A stretch of 63,088 nucleotides of DNA, counting the filler, from Choristocarpus tenellus KU-1152 (taxonomy: Eukaryota > Protista > Phaeophyceae), in NCBI GenBank assembly GCA_964200185.2. It is 12 parts of 12 records of this genome, joined end to end, with 100 filler letters (N's around TTAATTAATTAA, not from the genome) between each part and the next. Parts side by side here need not be neighbours in the genome. Positions count along the whole stretch, not along the records: positions 1 to 4,247 come from CAXNAD020015498.1; positions 4,348 to 7,369 come from CAXNAD020022875.1; positions 7,470 to 13,016 come from CAXNAD020010457.1; positions 13,117 to 26,098 come from CAXNAD020001620.1; 8 more parts are not named here. One strand, 5' to 3'. Made by a program: the position numbers and the translations under genes. Within the stretch, counting starts at the first letter, position 1, and the number at the start of each line of letters is the position of its first letter. Under the pieces are notes generated by a model. It worked only from the letters and a program-made list of their open reading frames with translations, had not been told where the DNA came from and made no database searches. Positions 1 to 13,289 of the stretch are shown here, piece by piece.

Positions 1-107
1 CCAGGAAACTCCAAATATTCCCCATGACCTTGCATGTACATGGGTTCTACATGGGATCTCTTAGAAATGTTCCACGATTTCTTTTAAGGGATCTGAGGCT
101 TATACAT

Positions 108-295
108 GGCTCAAAGTATCTGGGAGGGGGGGGTGGCGGCTATCCATTTGGGGTCAATGTTGTCATGCTGCATTTTTTGAAGTGATTTGGTTGCATACGC
201 CGAATGCATAATGTAAATGCACTTTTCCTGATTTTGACCCAAATGGACACCCTGGTGTAGACCCCCCCTTCCCCCCCCCCCAGATACTTTGGGTC
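108..295. mobile_element. MITE family B, full copy
   Basis: TIRs GGCTCAAAGTATCTGGG...CCCAGATACTTTGGGTC with G/C tracts; 4-bp TSD ACAT/ACAT. Confidence 0.85.
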
Positions 296-778
296 ACATT
301 CACATTGCGGAGGAGGCTGCAGTAGGCCTGAATGAGACAGGTACTTTATTCCCTCCGAAGTAGGGGAGAAATATATACAAAATAGGAGCAAGGGTGCTGA
401 AACACCCGCCTGAACTGCTCACTGGAGACCTTCGGGCCCAACAGACACATCCTCCCTCCCTCCCTCCCCTACATAGAAATCAAAACTAGACTCACCGTGT
501 TCCTCAACAGTCACCAAATACGCAACAGTGATAACAAGATCACATTTCTAGTGTTTAAAGGGGGGGGGGGGGGGGGGGGGGGGGATACCTGTTATGTGGG
601 CACACAATGGTTTTAAGCCCGCCGCCTTTGTCTTTCCCAAATGCCCCCAAATAGNNNNNNNNNNAACACCAAACAACCCCCCCCATCCCAAAAAAAAACA
701 AAAGAAAAAAAAGTAAGAATAAGAAGGGGGTGTGGTGGGTGGGGGGGGGGGGGGGGGGGGGGGGGGGGAGGGGGATAC

Positions 779-3282
779 CTGATATGCTGGCACACTATGA
801 CTGTAAGGCCAGCGGCTATGCTCTGTCCAAATGTCCACCATTGTCACATTGAGCTTGCTGGGATACATCTCCTCCAGAGCAGCTTCCAGGGCTTGTGCTG
901 AAGCCCGGTGCCCCCCGCCAGTGTCGGACATGAGTATGAGCATATTTACTTTGGCATCTACCCCACGTTCTCGCCTCCGACGCTCCACCAACTTGGCCTG
1001 TGGTATTTGGTGGTCCCAGAAAAAAAAGAAGCTAAGCAAGGTAGAAGTTTACTTACAAAACGAAAAATTTGAGTCTGTTCATCATACTGAGCAGAACATC
1101 TTGCCCTTAACTTGTTTCCCATTTTCTCCCCCTCTCATCCCCTACCACAACACACTTGCCTTGACCGGCAACTGAGCTATTTTTCCACAATTACCTTGCA
1201 TAGCTCTAGCCCTTACCCTAATGCAATGAAAAATCAAATTGTAGAACATGTAATGTCAAGAGAATACAAGGAATCTATGGTTTGGGTCTACGACCCTACC
1301 AGCGCACCGATTTATTGTTCAATTGCTCTGTGTAGGTCTTTCCAGCCAGGTTCTTTCCTGATCCATTTGATGACACATTCTTCAGCATTAGCTGGTTCGT
1401 CGTGGGGGAGGGGAATGGGGTGGGGTGGGGGTTACCTTGGTGTCATGTGTGAAATATATCAAGGTAGCCCTTTGGAGGGTGAGGATGAAAAAGACGAAAT
1501 GGAAAACAAAAATGAATTGATTTCTTTAGTTCCTGATAGACTTCACTTTCAGAATGACACTGAAGCATACAACAGACACCTGCACTACTTTGTGATGCCA
1601 GGTTCAGGTAGCTTTAATACCTCGGGTTACGGAGGGTGCAATCAATGCCACTAGGTTCCATCATCAGCACTCATCCATCCAGCAATTAGCAGCGCATTCA
1701 CAGTCACAAGGAATATGTGAACACCCCTCTTTAACCACAGCAAATACTTATGGCCATACTCTCTTCTCTTGCGCTCAGCAAGGCACTACAGTCCAAAGAC
1801 CGAGATGAACCAGATGCAGATTTCCTCTCCTCTGAAGTGGTGTGTGCTGACATGGAGCGTTTACTACTTTTGCCTTCTCATTTTTCAAAACAGATCAATA
1901 TCAAAATTTGAGTCCTGGCAAAGGGACCTCTATCATTCTCCTTCGCGCATCTAACCACCATGGGAGTGCAGCTGGACAACCATTTTCGAAGAGATTCCTG
2001 CTAAAATATAGAAAATGACTCAGTTTTTTCTGTGCAATGCAGTGGGCATACAATAATGTTTTTTTAAATGCATATTTGGATATGCCATTCCATACTGCCA
2101 CACATCTCCTACCTAAGTTATCCCATGAGCACAAAGGATTTCCCTTTCGGTACTATATTTATCTCTCCCATAATGTACACAACAAGCAATGGTCACCCTT
2201 TCACTCCTGCCTGCATGAATAAAGCTAAATGAATTGATAACGGGAAATGTGTTATGCAGAATATATCTATTTTGAGTCCCTCACCGGATCTCCCTCTTCT
2301 AAGAGAGAAGTTGACCCCTGACGCGCCCTCCGCTTCAGCTTGAACCTCTTAGCCCCTCGGGAAATCTTTCCCCAAGCTCGTCTCACTTTCGTCCCTCTTC
2401 GCCTGAATGCTACTTCTGGCATGTCTTTTTCTTCCAAAACCTTGGACGGGGGTAGCCAGAGAAATGTCTATGAGATGCGTTGGTACATTAAACTACCAAC
2501 CAGACCACAATTGTGGGTTACATTGTCTTTCCCTCTAACGAAGACCCATACAAGGTGGAAGGTAATGTAGGACTTTAAAATGGAAGTCGGTTTGACGTTT
2601 TGATGTCAGACGGTCTGACGCTCAACACACGAAATGGGACTTTCCCTGTACCTGGCCTTGTCCACACTCTTCTTGAAAGTAGTACTCTCTGGATGTTGGA
2701 TGACAACACAAGAGCAATGACTGGGGTCATGAGGGCAAGCCAAAACTCAAAACTCTTTGTACAGCTTGATGGTGAGAGACAATCCAGGTCATCTTGCCCA
2801 CATAAATAAACATCACAATACGTCATAAAACCTTAACCTGGTTGAACAAACATAAAGGAATCACCCAAACAGGACACATCCTCCACGTTTGTTCTTGCGT
2901 CGGTCATGCACAAGGTTCAAGGGGGGCACGGTGCACACTCTACCCTCCTCATTGCACCACAAGGACATGGCAGGGGAAAAAAAACATGCACTACATATCA
3001 GCCACGATTGTCTGGAGAGAACTCTGTTTCTCTAACGATAAATTCACCCTAATCAAACAACGAGCGAGAAAAGAGTGCACTGCTAAAACGAAATATACAG
3101 TTATCTAGGTATTCGGTATATGGTAGTCACCGACACAAACTACAGACTAGCAGATAATACAAAACAGCGATGTTTATTAAAATGGAAACACGCACCTGTT
3201 CCTCAGTTCGCCACTTCGCGAAGAGAGCGCCACTCCCAAGAACTGCCAGATGCACCAACGTTGACGTTATAACTAGAACCAT
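779..3282 (-). CDS. MGD: Monogalactosyldiacylglycerol (MGDG) synthase, GT28 family, 5' part (spliced, partial)
   Basis: AG/GT-bounded exon 997-779 encodes AKLVERR...MLILMSDTGGGHRASAQAL...VDIWTEHSRWPYSHSVPAYQ, the diagnostic N-terminal MGD motif. Less certain upstream exons: 3282-3196 (MVLVITSTLVHLAVLGSGALFAKWRTEEQ, hydrophobic leader) and 2402-2285 (Arg/Lys-rich). Exon phases require at least one more exon between these two. Confidence 0.85.
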
Positions 3283-4143
3283 CTTGGACTCAAGGCGCAT
3301 CAGTTGGGTCCCGCCAAGTTCCTGCTAGTCTCATACAAATCGCTTTCTGGACCACCGAGTTCACCTTCACCCGTGGTCGAGCTGCACTCAACGCAACGAG
3401 GTTATCATACAGATTCGTGGCGCACGGAGAGTTCACACACCTAAATCACTCGTTGTGAGAAAGAGTCGATCCGCGCCATGTCTTAAATCGAACTTTTGAA
3501 CCTTCCAAGATGATATCAACCCCACTTTGACAGACAAGGGTATATACCTAGAATACAATTTTAGACACGAAAAGGTATGTACCAGTATTTTATTGTTTAT
3601 ATTCCTTCTCCCCCATTCATCACATTCATTATCCTCCACCAAAACAGAGAACCAGATCAGGGAACGTTACTACTCTCGCTCGGAAAAGGAGACAAGGACC
3701 ATCTATTCGTAAGGTGATGGAGATCACTGCGAGTCAGGATATTCCTTGCTTCAAGAAGAACATCGTGTGTAGAATACATTTGCGTGGTTTACTTTTAGGT
3801 GGCTGTGTATAGTAACCTGTCAGTTGAGCGAATCTCACTATCTGCCAGATCCCCCTCTCGTCCCTGACTCTCTCTTGGATTAAGACTTCACTATAGAATT
3901 TTGTTGATTGCAAGTGGAATTTTGCGAGAATAAAGATGTGGCAGATTTCTTCTCTCATGTTTGCGTCGATCTTCCTCGATCCTTGGCTACAGACACCTCT
4001 GCCACACAACGACTTTACCTTCTTCTCTATACAGTTTTATTTCATTTCTTGGGTTACATTGTATTAGCTGCGTAAGCTGACCCTCACACTCCCACGTAAT
4101 CCTATCCTTGCTCAGATCTGTCATATCTCGAGAACAGACACAA

Positions 4144-4247
4144 ATGTCTCACTACAACAGTGGCGGGTACGGTCGTCAGGATGACTATTCTTCACGCCGA
4201 GGACCTGGTGGGTATGGTGGAGGTGGGGGTGGCTACGGAGGTGGGGG
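4144..4247 (+). CDS. Gly/Tyr/Arg-rich N-terminus of a probable RNA-binding protein or DEAD-box helicase (truncated by contig end)
   Basis: MSHYNSGGYGRQDDYSSRRGPGGYGGGGGGYGG, divergent from the putative MGD start. Only low-complexity sequence is visible. Confidence 0.45.
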
Positions 4248-4347
4248 NNNNNNNNNNNNNNNNNNNNNNNNNNNNNNNNNNNNNNNNNNNNTTAATTAAT
4301 TAANNNNNNNNNNNNNNNNNNNNNNNNNNNNNNNNNNNNNNNNNNNN
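4248..4347. other. Artificial contig-joining linker (first of 11)
   Basis: N44-TTAATTAATTAA-N44 (stops in all six frames). Identical linkers at 7370-7469, 13017-13116, 26099-26198, 28874-28973, 35136-35235, 37895-37994, 42797-42896, 46762-46861, 55748-55847, 60350-60449. Confidence 0.98.
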
Positions 4348-4843
4348 TTTTTTTTTTTTTTTTAGAAAAAGCGACCTTTTTTTTTTTCCTCTTCCCCCCC
4401 CCCCCCCCCCCCCTCTTTACCTAGTTTTTATTGTTACTGAACTTTAAAAAATGCTAGAAATGGGTAACTCGCAAATGTGACTGTTTGAGGTGAAGGACCA
4501 AATGGCAGGTGGTGTATCTATTGATTCAGTTATGTTCTGTGGTTGAGTTTTGAGAGATAATTCAACCCTCATGGGCAGCCTCTGTACAGTACTTTGTAAA
4601 TGGACTCTCTCCGCCCAAAACAAATAAATTACGAAGGTATGCAAAATGCTAATAAATTATGAAGGTATGCAAAATGCTTTGTACTTTTCTATGTCTGGCT
4701 GTTGTTAAAATACAGACTCTTGGTCATTGAGGTCGTTATTGTTGCCAGTTGCACCCTGGAGGCATTGCAACAACGTAAAATATACCCGTACTACCCTTTG
4801 ACACACAATTGACACACCAATAACACATTGTGTTGTGTGGCAG

Positions 4844-4987
4844 GTTTTCTTCAACTCTGACCATATCGGTGGAAACGATGACCTGCTGGTGCTGAATAAC
4901 AATAGGAGCCTTCCTGCGCTAGTGGAAAAAGTTCGGGCCGAAGCTCCAGGAACAATGAGGCCTAACTGGTTCCACCCGTGGTACTGA
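4844..4987 (+). CDS. Terminal exon of a glutaredoxin-domain protein
   Basis: After a CAG acceptor: VFFNSDHIGGNDDLLVLNNNRSLPALVEKVRAEAPGTMRPNWFHPWY*, matching the Grx (TVPQ)VFFNxxHIGGxDDL motif. Confidence 0.7.
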   Translation, partial: VFFNSDHIGGNDDLLVLNNNRSLPALVEKVRAEAPGTMRPNWFHPWY

Positions 4988-7303
4988 TGCTTTTATACTG
5001 ATATAAACGTAGGGTTCTTAGTTTATGTTTTTTTCTGTCTCCTCTGTGTGGGGGGGGGGTGCTTGTGATGCAGGAGCGTTGGATTGACAATATATTGGTG
5101 CAATTAGGAGAAGGTTGCATCCTCCGTTGCAATACTGATGAAACCTGAGTGGATTGGAGGTGGTTTTTTGCTCTTTGCCTGTGTTGCTAGGAAATGCAGC
5201 ACATCTTGATGGTCCTTGATGATGCGGACCCCTGGCACCATTAGTGTTGTATATGTGGGTTGGGCAAGACGCTTTGGAGAAATGCTCTGTCAATGAGTTT
5301 TTGTTGTGGCTATCAACGAGATCGATATTTTTTTCTAATGTAAATGCGTAAACGCTCAGTACATCGGCAATCGCATGCCTTCTACATTTAGATGTCATTT
5401 TTTGTCTCCAGTTCCTGTTCTTTGGACGTGAAAAGGTAGCCTTTTGCACAAGACACCATGACCAGCATTTTTTTTGTTATTATGTAGGGTTTCAAGGAGA
5501 GTGGTATTCCCACAAACCTTACGCATGATAAAGATGTTTCAATCTGGAGTAAGCAGACCTTGTGCGGCAGAAAATATAATAATCTTGAGCAACTATTGTC
5601 ACAGGTTGTTTTTCTTAGACAAGGCTTACTTTCTTTTGATCATGATAAACCCATAGCATTATTTTCATCCCAGCTGGCTTGGTCACCTATTGATCCCAAC
5701 CCTCTAATGTGGCTATAGTCTGACTTAGGGTTTGTAGCCATGCACCCCTCATTTATATACCTGGGGTAAGGCTGTACAAATAGGTGTGTAAACAAGCTAA
5801 CAATCATACAGGGAAATTTACTTCCTTCCAGACCATGTAAAACCAAAACTTTATCTTTTGCTAATTGTACATTTTTTCTAAGTGTATCCAAACGTGTAGG
5901 TAAGATAACTCCTTCAATATTTATTTGCATAGATAATTTTTTTAATGCATCAAGTATTTTGCCTGGAGAAAGTAATGACATGCAAAAGTAGTCATGTTCC
6001 AAAGAAGTAGTTTCAGCTCATTGTGCCAGTTATCTTTGGGATGGCACTCATGGAGTACCTCATTTCCCATACTATACCCTTTCTGTCACACATGACCCTT
6101 ACAAAACACTCCCCACACTGCTGTATTGTACTTCCAATATCACAACCAATACAACCATGAAGACACCCAGAGAAAAATAAATCCAATACGACACTTTGCT
6201 AGTACTAATACTCAGCAGCAGTCAATTCATGATGTGAGCTGGAAGAGCTTCCATTCATTGTTGTGTTCAAAATAAAGTGTACACAGAGTTTCATATCACA
6301 AGACAGAGCACAAAGGTCCACCACTCCTTTCTACAGTAGTACATGAGTCTGCCAACAGTTTTTGTCATGACAAATTGTGATGGCAACCAGGTGGTGTGGA
6401 CCAGTTGTCTTCCAAAACCAAACACTCATACACCCACCTGACTATAGCAATCGATGACAGCACCATCCCCCCTCACATCTTACATACACAGACAACTCAC
6501 ACATGCTCACTGTAGTATGGATATACTTGGTGACATAAAGTGTGCTCAAAATTTTTCCACATAACCAACACCAGGCACAGGATATTCTGGCAACCTGCAT
6601 CACCCTTGCTTTACACACAAGGCAACTCATGCCAACATATTGCTGTGACAAGACCCAGAACTGGCTAGAACCACTATCTAAATGAAGCATATACATACAT
6701 AGCCATAGAGTAGTTCAGCAATTCCATCCCATGCCTGCGTGCATGCCCAATCAGCATATGTCCTCATTTTGTTGAGTACAATGAGACACACATCCCAGCA
6801 CCTATTCCTCAGAGGCTTCTTTTTCCACCTGTTATCCCACCCATACCTCACAAAACATCATGCCAACCTATACTGAAAATATCTAAATGGTTACACATTT
6901 GAACGGGATGTAAGAAAGAGACCCATGGTGTGGACAACAAAAACACCTTCACATATTTGAATATCACATCAACCAACATCAACCAGACACCGTCCTCAAT
7001 CCAGCACTTACCCAATTGTGGGTGTCTCAACTATTTTTCAGGTATACTCTATGCTTGATCACTGTATTGAATCCCAAGGTTGTGTGTTCAGGTCAGAGAT
7101 TGTAAAAAATCTGTGAGAGTGAACCAGGACTTCTCAGCTTCTCAGTATGGATAGAACACAGTCACTGGAGGTGCATCCTTTCCATGGCCTGTTGAAGCCC
7201 TCTTGGTCCGTCTCCCCTTCCTACTACTAGGGGTTCTATGACCCCCTTGACCTCTTCTGGGATTCAATCGACAGTCAGCCACCCTTCTCTGCCCAGCCAC
7301 ATT

Positions 7304-7339
<36 letters not shown>

Positions 7340-7469
7340 CCCCCACGCCGACGAGGGCGGGGGGGGGGGNNNNNNNNNNNNNNNNNNNNNNNNNNNNNNN
7401 NNNNNNNNNNNNNTTAATTAATTAANNNNNNNNNNNNNNNNNNNNNNNNNNNNNNNNNNNNNNNNNNNN

Positions 7470-7510
7470 CCCCACGTGGCCAGCCGCCACCCCCCCAGAT
7501 ACTTTGAGCC
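7470..7510. mobile_element. MITE family B, terminal fragment at contig start
   Basis: CCCCCCCAGATACTTTGAGCC terminus. Confidence 0.75.
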
Positions 7511-7572
7511 TCTCCACCAACTCATCTCATCTTACTTTGTGATACATCCTCCGTACGTTTTCCCTCCACTAG

Positions 7573-10500
7573 GAGATCCTAGAGTTCAGCGCTTGCGTGA
7601 TATTCGTGCTGGACTCCACCTAGAGAGTGAACGCAAAGTATTGTTGGATCTGGTTCCAGCCACACCTATTGAAATATATCATCAACTCCTGCGTGCTAGG
7701 CCAGGGAAGATCAGGCAGGCATTTACTCAGACTTGTGAGGGGAGGCGTTCTGTTGAGTCACAGACTGATGAGGTAAGAGTGTATAGAGCCCTATGAATAG
7801 TCACCCAGAGCACTGCTTAGACCAAGAGTGGTTCTGAACATACTGTTAGGGTTAGGGTTCGGGAGATCAACACAGGGATATTGTTGCAAGCTTCTTGACT
7901 TGCGACTGTGCTTGTATTGCATGGGTGAAATAGATTGCATCTCTCCTATATTGTTGGCAGCTGTTATTGTAAGTTGGCTACTTTGATCTAACATTTTTGT
8001 GTATTGCTGCTGAAGGTCAAAGTATCTAGGGGGGGGGGTGCCGGCCGTCCATTTGGGGTCAATTTTTTTCCATATCGCGATTTTTGGGTGATTTGGTTGC
8101 ATGCATCGGATAAATAATATAAGTGCACTTTTCCTGATTTTGGGGCAAATGGACACCCTGGTGTACACCCTGATGTAGACCCTGGTGTAGACCCCGCCCC
8201 CCCCCCCCCCCCCCCGCGACTCTGCGTTGTGGGTGGGGGGGGCGCCGAANNNNNNNNNNCCCCCCTCCCCCCCCCCCCCCCCCCCCAGATGCTTTGGTCC
8301 TGAGCTTGGTTTGCCCAGAAAAGACCCAACCAAGTATATCCACAAGATTTACACAGATGCTTCTATATGATGACCCAACACATTACTGTGAAGCACTCCT
8401 GAGAATATACCACCTACGTCTCTTTTGAAGCACACTGTCAATCGTCTTGTCCTCTCTACCTGGACTAGAGAAGTGTAGGTGGCTTTCATGCTTGTCATTT
8501 AGCCTTTATACCCTCAAGTATATGCTTCTCTACCTCAAGCATTTTGAAGTATATGGAGTGAAAGGTAGGCAATTTTCTTCTGCAGGTCAAGAAAATGATC
8601 ACACCTCCTTCCACTTTGCCACCTTCTCCTACCTCAACCAAACAGAAAAATTATTTATTACCAATTCTCTCCCCTCCACCATATTGTTTGTCCCCCCTCA
8701 TAATCCTCACATCTGTTTCGTTTGACCATCCCTAACCCTAACCTCTGTAAAAAGGTACCCCAACTGGACCAGGAGGTTCAATTTCACCTGGGTCATGATG
8801 ACACAGACCTGGAAAACCTCATGGCACACATTCGTTCCACCCGCCATAGTGGTTCTGCCAACCCTGTACCTGACGTGCTGCACTCCTCCCAAGACATACG
8901 GGATGAGAGTGTGGGCCATGGGAGTGTCCATGAGTCTGTACTAAGCAGGACAGGAAAACGGAATCAAACAGACAAAAAAGTAGAACTGGGTCAGGAAGGT
9001 GAAGACGCAGAGGCAACAAGCGCAAAGCACTTACGATTAGGTAGATTTCTCCGCCAGGCCTGCGAGGTCATGGAAACCTTGTGTGAGGAAAATATTGGCT
9101 CTTGGACCGGGGGGAGGAGAGGAGAGGGGGTTAGTGAGGATGAGGGCAATGAGGGAGCCCCTTCCGCATTTCGTGTTGGGGTGGGTAATGCATGGAGGGA
9201 GCTTGGGGTAGAGGCTGAAACAGGGCAAGGGCTGCAACGGCTAATTGGAGGGGCTTCTGTAGCTGCAGTAGCATTTAGCCGTACAAAGCGTTCAATGTTG
9301 GTAACTGCACACACACGACTAGGGAGAGAGGAGGGAGTGCTGGAAGGCTGCGATGTGGTGTGTGTATGGAATAGCCAAGACAGTGGGGTGAGTGAGGAAC
9401 ACCAACATTCTTGCATGGTCCTATCCCTGAATTCATAATTTATCCCATTGATTGATATGCTGTTACCGTGCAAATTGTCTGTTGTCTTATCTCTGTATAA
9501 TGCTAAGTTATTAAGGGAATGAAAGACTCAATGCATCACTTTAAGGCCTTGTACTGTGATGTACTGCAAAATACCCAGAATAGCTTAGATTTTGAAAACC
9601 CCCACATCTTTGTTCTATATTTACTGAAAGAGTATGTATATGGAGGACGACACCAATCAATGAATATGAGTGCGTGAGCACGGTTTATTTCAATCCTGCC
9701 ATAATGTTTCTACCAGCATTACAAGCATAGATAGGTACTATAGGCATTGTGAGTGTATTGTGAGTGTATTGTGAGTGTATTGTGAGTCAACACTACACTC
9801 CCACTCTACTGGCCTCTTACCTTGCTCAACCGACCTGTTAATGAAAACGACCTCCTGTGGTCTAGACTTTACCTGCAAAGGTCCTAATTGGGGAGGGATC
9901 CATCACATCTATAGGGCTTGGCCTTACACAACCTCACCTTGTCATGTCTGGGACCAGAGAGGGAAATGTTATACTCTGGGACTTGAGGGAACCTGCACTA
10001 GCCAGCTGGTCAGAGGTGAGGCATTGGCACAAATCATGTATGGGTGAGGTACATATTTCCTGACGTAATGACTCTCAATGGGAGACCAGAGTAGCAGTGA
10101 AGTGGTTAAATTGTAGAGTGATAAACAGGATGTAGTGAGCACAACTGTCTGTCCCAGTGGTACAGTGCCATCTCAATATCATTTGGTAATAATGGCGACT
10201 GGTGCCTACCCAGCTTAATCTGCAGGGTAGCACCCCACTAGTCGTGTGAATGACGTAACAAAGGTACACCAATATTTGACAAAATGAGTTGTCGAGGGTT
10301 GTGGGTTCAAGAATCAGCTTGACTACTTTTTCCAACTTCCTGTAGAGGGAGAATGAAATGTAGAATGCAAGGGGAGGGTGCAGGTAATGTGTTCAATGGG
10401 AAATACAAAGGTTGGGACGACTGCCAAGGAAGAGCACATGGCTAGTGGGGTGATGGTTCACGGATTATGCCAGATAAGACCCTAGTCTCTGATTTTATCA

Positions 10501-12667
10501 TATATTGAGATACCTCCTTATTAATGACGAAGATAATTGTGCCACATACTGCCCTGGTGGTACAATGGTATCTCAATATTTGTGAGGGATGATGGTGTGT
10601 AGTTAAGACTTGGGCATCTTCTTGTATTTTCATCAGTTATCATCACATTTGCTTGGTCTTGGTATGGCATATGACATCGGCATGCAAGACCCACCCTCAT
10701 TGACACCCCCCTTCAAACCCCTCCTTCATAGGTTGGAAATACCTCCATCAGACTTGGGAGATTTTGAGTACAGAATAATTAGTAAGTCAATGAAGTAATA
10801 AAATCTCAACATACCTGCCGATCTTGACCATAATACTATGCTTCCCTACTCTACTCTACATACTGTCTTGATGCAGGTCTTACGCTATACTTAGAGTATG
10901 CCTTCATTCTGATGCCTTATGTGATATGTGAAATATCTTACGCCCCATACCTTATTATATCCTAATATGTCATATGCCTTATGTGTGTATGTTGTCAGGG
11001 TCATACTCTTGGACTGAGTTGTGGGATACGTGCAGTGACCTACTCAACATCGTTCATGGCATCAAACACATCAGCAACAGCTGGGCGAGTTCTGAGGGAC
11101 GAGAGCACCTTCTTACTACCTTCTAGCCATGGACACTCCTCAGCTGTGATGTCAGTGGTGCCCATACCTAGCCATGGAGTTGGTGGGGGGGTAGGTGAGG
11201 GGGGTGGGGTGCTTGGGGGGGCGCTGTCCCTCTCCAAGGAGGTTGGCACCTTTCAGGTAAGAGTTGAGGAAGGACTGTGATCTGGTTATTGATAGTATAT
11301 TCTGTATTGATGGATGGAAACGATTCTTCACTCTATCGTGTCGATAGTTGTCATGTCGTATCTGACTACTGCAATTGTGTTTGGAGGGTGGTGATAGCAT
11401 CACCCCAATTGTTTGAGCTCTTTCCACTTCTTATTCTTGCACAAGGCATGTGGCACAGGTATGCACCTTCGAAATGTACTGTTTGAGGAGCACCTGCCAC
11501 AGTAAACTCATCAAAAGAACAGTCAAGAACAATATATTGCAAAAAAATGGATGCAGTTCAACCAACATTGTGTACCCTGTGATCTAATCCCTTGTAGCTA
11601 TGGTGGGAGTATGTGGTGAAATATACCAGGCACATCAAAAATCCACGAGCTCCCTCGACCCAGCTCATACTCATGTTGTGTTATTTGGTGCTCCTCCCAC
11701 AGCTATAAAATACAGCAAAACACTCCAACATTTTTTTTAACATGTGTGGATGCACAACACAGCCTGTCACCTTTATTGCTGCATTTTGATACTTTAAAGG
11801 ATGGTTTGTCATTGGTATAGCTTATAGTTCAAAGAACAACAAAGCACAGTACTATTTTTTTCCACTTTTGATGTGAAAAAAATCAAGTACAGTATTACAA
11901 AAAAGAGATGTGTTCCTGTTTCTCTCAAAATAAAACCATAATGGAGTAGCTTATATTAAATCGTATGACACAGGGAATTAAATCTCCAAACTAATACCTA
12001 CCTCCTGCTTTTAGAAGTCATTTCTTTGTCCTTGACTACCAATTTCCAAGTGCCAAACAAGTATTGTATGCTATGAGCAAGCAAAGAAGTCATTGAGTTG
12101 GGTAACCGCAATTGTATTGAACATAAATTGGGATATTGGTATCAGAACTCATATGCAAACAACAATGGAACCCTACCCATCATACCCCTCCTCCAATAAT
12201 TCTTCACCACCACTGTCACTATCACCACTACCATGCGACCTGCAAAAAGAATTGGGGACAATAATTTATATCTCACTAAAAAAAATCAAGAAGACAAAGG
12301 CAATTTGTTTCCACCATAAACCCTGACATGACATCATCGAAGACCTTCAGCCAATGATTGTGTACAGGATGGATACTTCCAAGTACTTTGGAATATTCTC
12401 CTAAATCGATATTATTCTTAGGGACTGTTGTCCCTTACAACCCAAACAATCACAATATTCCGCCAATTTATTTTTCTGTTGCTGGGATCACATGTTTGTG
12501 ACCCTCCCTATTCTTCTTCATTCTCCTTGTTTCGATTTTGCGATAATGTATTTTGATCCTGTGTTTTGATTGTGTGTTGATGATAGGTGGCATCTTTGGA
12601 TGATCGGGGTGTGGTGTGTTTGTGGGTGGTTTCTGAGCTTGGCCACATAGAGGAGGGGGGTTCCCAG
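7573..12667 (+). CDS. WDR60: Cytoplasmic dynein-2 intermediate chain WDR60/DYNC2I1 (FAP163-like), internal part, spliced
   Basis: In-phase AG/GT exons: 7573-7772 (LLDLVP...RQAFTQT...ESQTDE), 8755-9387 (LGRFLRQACEVMETLCEEN...VCVWN), 9866-10015 (KVLIGEGSITS...SGTREGNVILWDLRE), 10999-11256 (IRAVTYST), 12587-12667 (VASLDDRGVVCLWVVSE). Motif order matches WDR60. Confidence 0.85.
8014..8300. mobile_element. MITE family B in a WDR60 intron (contains an assembly gap)
   Basis: AGGTCAAAGTATCTAGGG...CCCAGATGCTTTGGTCC; 3-bp TSD TGA/TGA. Confidence 0.75.
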
Positions 12668-12789
12668 GTATGGGCAAGAACACGGTTGATATCATCCCTC
12701 AGGTTGTTGCACAATGTGGACACCCAACATAGACACATATGCCCATACACTTGAAGAACATCCTTTTTGTGCCAAATGCTCCTCATTGA

Positions 12790-12963
12790 GGCTCAAAGTA
12801 TCTGGGGGGGAGACTACACCAGGGTGTCCATTCAGGCCCTGACCTGGAGATGTGCACGTACATTATCCATCTAATGCATGCAACCAAATCACCCACAACT
12901 TGTGACATGAAAAAAGGGGCCCCAAATAGACAGCCACCCCCCCCCCCCCACACACTTTGAACT
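12790..12963. mobile_element. MITE family B, right end degenerate
   Basis: GGCTCAAAGTATCTGGGGG start, conserved family core, C-tract...ACTTTGA end. Confidence 0.75.
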
Positions 12964-13116
12964 AGAAAGGGTTCACACATTTCAACCTAGAATGGGTTCC
13001 TTTTGGATTGTTTTTGNNNNNNNNNNNNNNNNNNNNNNNNNNNNNNNNNNNNNNNNNNNNTTAATTAATTAANNNNNNNNNNNNNNNNNNNNNNNNNNNN
13101 NNNNNNNNNNNNNNNN

Positions 13117-13196
13117 GATAAAATTACATGGAAATCGCAACATTGGATTTCGGCCCCCGAATGGACGCGGCCCTACCCTCTAAGATACTTTAACTC
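13117..13196 (+). mobile_element. MITE family A, 3' fragment at contig start
   Basis: Ends CCCTCTAAGATACTTTAACTC; nearly identical to 17436-17516. Confidence 0.8.
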
Positions 13197-13289
13197 CCAT
13201 CGCATATCCTGCTGCCATCTCGAGCGCCGTTTGACAGTGTTTCCTGTCGTTCATACACAGGTACAGAATTCGCAATGTTAAAGCCTTTA

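Noticed and set aside
140-391. Many short ORFs sharing peptides (YTRVSI, SYPLRYF, GSVNIL)
   Set aside because: They are translations of MITE A/B copies, not genes.
4292-4303. Recurrent TTAATTAATTAA palindrome
   Set aside because: Always centred in a fixed 100-bp N spacer; an artificial concatenation linker.
6690-7120. Possible decayed Penelope-like reverse transcriptase
   Set aside because: Only faint fragments (e.g. TFTYLNIT) across frameshifts; no catalytic YxDD. Unsupported without a profile search.
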